From positions 65,534,001 to 65,598,000 of the forward strand of contig OX597833.1 in the NCBI GenBank assembly GCA_951406725.2: a DNA stretch of 64,000 nt, in the 5' to 3' direction. The DNA comes from Octopus vulgaris (taxonomy: Eukaryota). Position 1 is the first letter of the stretch, and the number at the start of each line of letters is the position of its first letter. Positions 56,787 through 64,000 of this stretch are shown here, one piece after another. Under the pieces are notes generated by a model that did no database searches, was not told the DNA's origin, and was given only the letters and a program-made list of their open reading frames with translations. The position numbers and the translations under genes were made by a program.

Positions 56787-57464
56787 GAGAGAGAGAGAGA
56801 GAGAGAGTGAGAGTTAATCGCTAGTAACTAAATGGAAGAGTGATCACTCGATATTTCAGAGATAGAAATGGATACACATTTCTTTTTCATATAATGTTCT
56901 TTCAGCTTTTTTTTTCTTTTTCATTCTATTACTTCTCTGGTACCGATTGTTTCCTGCCGACAAAGATCAGCAAACTTTTAACCAAAAATTCTATATTCAC
57001 TTCACACTGCACCATCCCCATCATCCATGCCTTCTAAATCTATTACTACATGTTTAGGAAGTCATGTAGTTCCATGTAGTTCCATGTAGTTCCACGAGGG
57101 TCGTATCTAAGCTTTGTATCTACGACATGTATCTTAGATGTGGATCTAAGATACTCACAATGGCAGCGGCTATAGTCACCAAGGTTGATTAGTTTATGAA
57201 GTTATACCATCGATGTTGGATAGGAATTAGCCTCTTTCTGCAACGGTATTCCATTGAGAATCGAATAACCAGATAACCAAAGAACCAGATTCTATTCCAT
57301 TATCATATCAATAGTGAATATCTTATCTAATTTAATTTCCAAACAAGCGATATTCTTTCATCTGTGGTACATGTTATGTTTTTTTATTGGTTCCTTACAT
57401 ATTCTGCTATTCTACTGAATACTAATCTGTAGCATGAATACACTCATACAGACTCAAACGTAAG

Positions 57465-57540
<76 letters not shown>

Positions 57541-57640
57541 TATATATGTATATATATATATATAAAATAATATATTTATATCGATACATATATATAAATA
57601 TATATATATTCATATGGATATACATATATATAATGTATAC

Positions 57641-57685
<45 letters not shown>

Positions 57686-57784
57686 CGTATGTATGTATGA
57701 ATGTATATATGTATTATTATCATTTATATATTTATATAGATATATATATACATATATATATATGTATGCCTGTATGTATGTATA

Positions 57785-57864
<80 letters not shown>

Positions 57865-58012
57865 TTATATTTATATATATCTGTGTGTGTATACATATGT
57901 ATGTGTGTATTTGCATATATATATATATATATATATACATGTATATGTGTATATATATATACATATATATATGCATATATATATATAAATATAAATATAG
58001 ATAGATGGATAG

Positions 58013-58061
<49 letters not shown>

Positions 58062-58923
58062 GATACATATACATACATATGTATAGGTACATATATATGT
58101 ATATATGTGTGTGGGTGTATGTGTGTGTGTTTGTGTAAATGTATAGATACAGATACAGATAGACACATGCTTTTTTTTCCTGGGTTCTCCCCCGTCTTCC
58201 ATTTATTGTCCGTTTGTTACGGTTGATGCGGTGATATGTTTTCTCTTTTATTCTTTCATATATACGTTATTTACTTCCAAGCGAATTTCATTATGGATGT
58301 CCTACTTCGCCAAAGGTAACAGTTGCGGTTCTTTCTTTCTATGCTGGATTCTGATATTTGGAGATGATAAGTTTGAAATGTTCTGCCATTCTTTCTGCAT
58401 TCGAAATCCAAACGTAATATAATGCTTAATATATTTTGGTAGGGGTATTCGTTTTTTTGTACATCTTTTTTTCTTTTGGGGTTGTTTCGTTTTGGTATAT
58501 TGTTTTACTACCATAGACATATGGACGTACTTCCTTTTTGCTTGAATTCTCTGTTTCTTTTCTTTTTATTTTCCCTTGCTTTTGTTTTTTTTCGATATAT
58601 ATGGGCTTTTTTTATATTTTGCATCTCAACCAGTTTTCATTATTTTTGCAAACGGTGTTTTATAGTCAAACCTTCAGTTATGTGTGTTTGTGTGTGTCTG
58701 TGTGTGTAAGTGTATGTGTGGTGTGTGTGTGGAGTGTGTGTATGTGCGTGTGTGCTGTGTGTGTGTGTGTTTATGTATGAGCAGATAGATATATGGATAG
58801 ATGGATAGATGGATGGATGGGTAGATAGATACATAGATATAGATACACATTCATACAGACAGCAGACAGCCAGACAGACAGGCAAGCAGGCAATTAGTTA
58901 TATGTATATATATATAGAGAGAG

Positions 58924-58985
<62 letters not shown>

Positions 58986-59003
58986 CTACATACATACATA
59001 CAC

Positions 59004-59605
<602 letters not shown>

Positions 59606-60152
59606 ACACGATTTCAGTGTTATTTTCATTTAGACAAGTTTATTCACCGTACCCTACATGTGTGTGTGTGTGTGTGAGAGTGTGTGTGTATTTGTATGTG
59701 TGTCTGTGTTTGTGTGTATGTGTGAGTGCGTAGGTGCGTGTGTGTGTGTGCGTGCGTTTATGTTTCTGCATTGTCCTGTGGGGAAAACATTTGCGTTTAT
59801 AATGGGTGCAAAACTGCGTGGGAAGCGAGATTTTTTTGTCAATGTTAAATTTACTTTCGATTCTGACGTGTGTTAATATTTTAGAATCTCTGATGCGTGT
59901 ATGTGCGCGCACGTGTGCGCGTGTGCGCACGCATATGCGCATAGGTGTGTTTATATTACTAAAAAACCCGCAAACATTAACTGAGTGGAATGGAGGACTC
60001 CCGACAAATGAAATATCCGATATTCTGACATTTTTAATCATTCTAATGGCGGTATGTATGTAAACACACACAATCAGGCGCACACGCACACATACACACA
60101 CACACACTCGCACAGACACAGACACATATATGTGTATGCATATATATATCTG

Positions 60153-60210
<58 letters not shown>

Positions 60211-60248
60211 CATACTTACACATATATATACATATCGGTATAATGTAT

Positions 60249-60281
<33 letters not shown>

Positions 60282-61045
60282 TATATTCAAGACTGTATAT
60301 GTACATGTGGGTGGAGATACGCAGGTAGGTTGGTAGGTAGGTAGGTAAGTAGGTATCCATATATTGTGTACGTATGTACGTATATATTTATACTATATAA
60401 ATGTATATATACATGCGCAGGTATATATATAATCATTAATGTACATACCTATGTCAGTTGGTGAAAGCAAAGTAAGTGGAGCATAAATACCACAACACAG
60501 AGCAATGCACAAATGAATCGGAAATTGTATTCCAGCCTTTCCAGCCAATAACGCCGTCTCGGTATAAGCTATAAGAACAAACATTATCGATCTGTTATGG
60601 AGAGAGTAAGATAGATAAAAGCGATTAGGCCTGAGACATAAATTTATATGGATTACAAAATGCAGACTACAAATTATAGAAAAAAAAAACCACCTCGAAA
60701 CAGCAGAAAAGGATTATGTAAAATATTAGCTCGACACCTGTTTCAAGACGGCACTAACATCCGTAATAATAATATTCATTAGTAATATGTGATGGTTGCC
60801 ATTGATCGGAGTCTTGTGACAAGTACCAAAAAAATTATTAATATAAGTTAGACCTCTCTTTTTAAGAGCAGAGTGGAAAATATGCTTATGATGTAAGTTA
60901 TAGCCGTCTAGATACAGCTGTCGAGATAAGATTTTAAATAACCTTCCTCTCCGTGCTTTGATTTCTTTTTCTTTGTTCTATAACCTTTATTTTTCGATAC
61001 ATGTAAATATATACCTCAAGCCTAACTGTGATTATCAACCTTACT

Positions 61046-61087
<42 letters not shown>

Positions 61088-61631
61088 TGAACGGAAATGA
61101 CATTGTTTGTATGTCAGTTTGTGAGTGGCGGGAAGAGAAAGAAAAAGAGAATAAGAGTAAGCCAATGCTGATATAAAAGGTGGGTTGTGAAAATATACAC
61201 TGCAACACGTTTTGAATATGGCATCGTTTAGCAGGAAAATATTAAAGAAACTTATTTGCAAAAAACTGATTAAGTTAAAAATCAAAAAATGATATACAGT
61301 AAGGAAGTAAGCAAATATAGATTTATCTCAATACAAAATCAACAAATACAGTGAAGAAAGTAATGGACACATATATATTTAACTAAATATTTACAATATA
61401 TAATTAACAATATACAAAAGTAATTATTTCTTTACATAGACAAGTCATGACATTCGGTAATTTTTCAAAGGAAGATTGAACTAAATTTTGTTTAAAAAAA
61501 CGATCGATATGTTTCAGTATATATTCACATACACACACGCACTCATACGCACAAACACCAACACACAAACTAAAATCAACACACACACACACATGAGCAG
61601 ATAGACACGCTCACATATATGTGTGTATGTT

Positions 61632-61691
<60 letters not shown>

Positions 61692-61714
61692 GTCTGTATA
61701 CACACACACACACA

Positions 61715-61752
<38 letters not shown>

Positions 61753-61870
61753 CACATGTATGTATAGATATGCATACATATATATACATGTGTATATATA
61801 TATATATATTTATACATATATACATATACAAATATTATATATATATGTGTGTGTATGCATATAAATATGT

Positions 61871-61914
<44 letters not shown>

Positions 61915-62327
61915 TTATACAAATATATATGTATATATATATATACATGTATGTATGTATGTATGTATGTATGTATGTATGTATCTGTGTATATATACAT
62001 AGATATTGTATGTATTTTCATGTAGCTCTTTATATTTGCATATATTATCTTATGTCAGCTAAATTTTTTTTATTATTCATAATTAAGCAACAATAACACT
62101 CTCAGCTAAAATACACATCAAAGATGAAAGTAATATTTCCAATTTAATTTCATTAAAACAGAAATAGAATAACATATACACATGCATACAGACAGACACT
62201 CATATATATGTATATATATTTTTTTTGTTATATGTTACAGCCTTTAGGCAGCGGCAATACTGGGGTACCGACAGTCAGACAGCGACCATGCTATCTATAT
62301 GTACGTGTGTATATATCTATATGCCTA

Positions 62328-62470
62328 TACTCTTTACTCTTTTACTTGTTTCAGTCGAGTAAATCGACCCCGGGACTTATTCTTTGTCAGCCCAGTACTT
62401 GGGGATGAAAACACACCAGCATCGGTTGTCAAGCAATGTTAGGGGGACAAACACAGACACACAAACACAT
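62328..62470 (-). mobile_element. Family-B SINE 3' half, internally deleted
   Basis: TACTCTTTTACTTGTTTCAGTC...ACACACCAGCATCGGTTGTCAAGCAATG. Confidence 0.8.
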
Positions 62471-62474
62471 ACAC

Positions 62475-62521
<47 letters not shown>

Positions 62522-62578
62522 TATATATATATAAATATATAAATATATATATATATATATGTGTGTGTGTATATATAT

Positions 62579-62784
62579 CCCCTTACTTAGCGGTCATTTG
62601 AATAGCTCTTTTGTCTTAATAACGGTCAATCACACAGTAATTTCCCTTTGTATAACGGTCATTTTTCTTAGCATTTTCCCGATGGTCAGATAACTGAAGA
62701 GATGGCGGCGTGGATTTCCACCTCGGCATCCGAAACTCGGAGTTTTATCATGGCTACCGAATTATTGTCACATATTACATTTAC

Positions 62785-62787
<3 letters not shown>
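62579..62787 (+). mobile_element. ~210-bp (TA)n-embedded mini-element carrying a hammerhead
   Basis: Bounded by (TA)n on both sides; three CGGTCA-containing subrepeats; fold at 62689-62749. Confidence 0.65.
62689..62749 (+). ncRNA. Type-I hammerhead ribozyme-like motif with a long stem II
   Basis: GAUAA CUGAAGA GAUG..GUGG auuu CCAC..CAUC C GAAA CUCGGAG UU UUAUC: 5-bp stem I, canonical core, near-palindromic stem III, GUU site. Confidence 0.72.
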
Positions 62788-62826
<39 letters not shown>

Positions 62827-62903
62827 TGACATATATTTGCCATTTGATTATTGGTTAACCCCTAAGGGTGGATGCTACTGTAGTTTGTAGCCTCAGGAAG
62901 ACG

Positions 62904-63409
62904 CTCTGTGGTAAGTAGCTTTTTTACCAACCACAGGGTTCTGGGTTCAGTCCCACAAGGAGTGGCTGTGTGGTAAGTAGCTTGTTTACCAACCACATGC
63001 TTCTGGGTTCAGTCCCACTGCGTGGCACCTTGGGCAAGTGTCTTCTACTATAGCCTCGGGCCGACCAAAGCCTTGTGAGTGGATTTGGTAGACGGAAACT
63101 GAAAAGAAACCCGTCGTATATATGTATATATATATGTATGCGTTTTTGTGTGTCTGTGTTTGCCCCCCTAGCATTGCTTGACAACCGATGCTGGTGTGTT
63201 TATGTCCCCGTTACTTAGCGGTTCGGCAAAAGAGACCGATAGAATAAGTACTGGGCTTACAAAAGAATAAGCCCCGGGGTCGAGTTGCTCGATTAAAGGC
63301 GGTTCTCCAGCATGGCCGCAGTCAAATGACTGAAACAAGTAAAAGAGTAAAAGATATATATATATATATATAGGCACAGGAGTGACTGTGTGGTAAGTAG
63401 CTTGCTTAC
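62904..63409 (+). mobile_element. Family-B SINE (full copy 62959-63354) with extra head fragments on both sides
   Basis: TGTGGTAAGTAGCTT at about 62907, 62969 and 63389. Confidence 0.88.
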
Positions 63410-63694
63410 TGCTTACGACTGCAAAGTAGGCACTTGTTTTATAAGGGACTTAGTGGGTAATTTGTTGTATGACATTGTTCTTCCTTTTTTCATATAAGAA
63501 ATCCCCTCTGGGTCTCGAACATTTCGCTGCTGCAGTCACGCTGAGTAACTCACTTAGCGGTGAGAATTGTTTTGGTTTGGTGGGCGTGTCTCGCTACCAA
63601 AATTTGAAAAGTTTATAAAAGTTCGAGCCATTCGTAGAGGATTTTTTTTTGCTGATATGGTAAACTGGAGTGGCTGTGTGAAGCAATATTGTGT

Positions 63695-63858
63695 AAAAAA
63701 TAATAATGTTTTAATTTGTAAATGGTCTATTAAATCCAATAATTGTAAAACGGAAGTAAGAGGTTCAATACCTCGGTTTATTTTTTGTATAAAAAATTAT
63801 AATGTTTCAATTTGTAGATGGACTATTAAGTCAAATAATTGTAAAACGGAAGTAAGAT
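63695..63858. repeat. Two-copy tandem duplication, period 96 bp
   Basis: AATAATTGTAAAACGGAAGTAAGA with anchors at 63751 and 63847. Confidence 0.85.
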
Positions 63859-64000
63859 TTTGTCCAGTCGCTTCTCCGCCTCCGTGAGGTTAAGATTTGA
63901 ATTTATTTTTGTTATATAGGGTTTGATTAGCTGTCCGCAAGAGTTTAGCTTTCGTGGATACGAAACTATTGATCACTCTATGACCAGACTTTGAATTCAT

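Overview
AT-rich, gene-poor animal DNA. The repeat content (tRNA-headed SINEs resembling the octopus OK/OR group, very dense TA/TACA/AAT/GAT microsatellites) suggests an octopus genome; this is inference, not a database match. No intact protein-coding gene is visible, and almost all supplied ORFs are microsatellite translations. Recognisable content: three tRNA-derived SINE families (one in a 4 x 184-bp tandem array), three copies of a non-autonomous Helitron, DD37D (maT) and mariner transposase relics, a hAT MITE with an 8-bp TSD, and 3' fragments of an RLE-type and an RTE-like LINE. The main unexplained signal is a set of short non-coding elements, many embedded in (TA)n and several in inverted pairs. 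They carry minimal type-I hammerhead-ribozyme folds, mostly with a very short, often palindromic, stem III. About ten motifs from at least six sequence families are present, with core variants CUGAUGA, CCGAUGA/CCGACGA, CUGUUGA/CUGUCGA and UUGAAAA. They resemble Penelope-like-element/retrozyme-type mini-elements. All folds were derived by eye and activity is untested.
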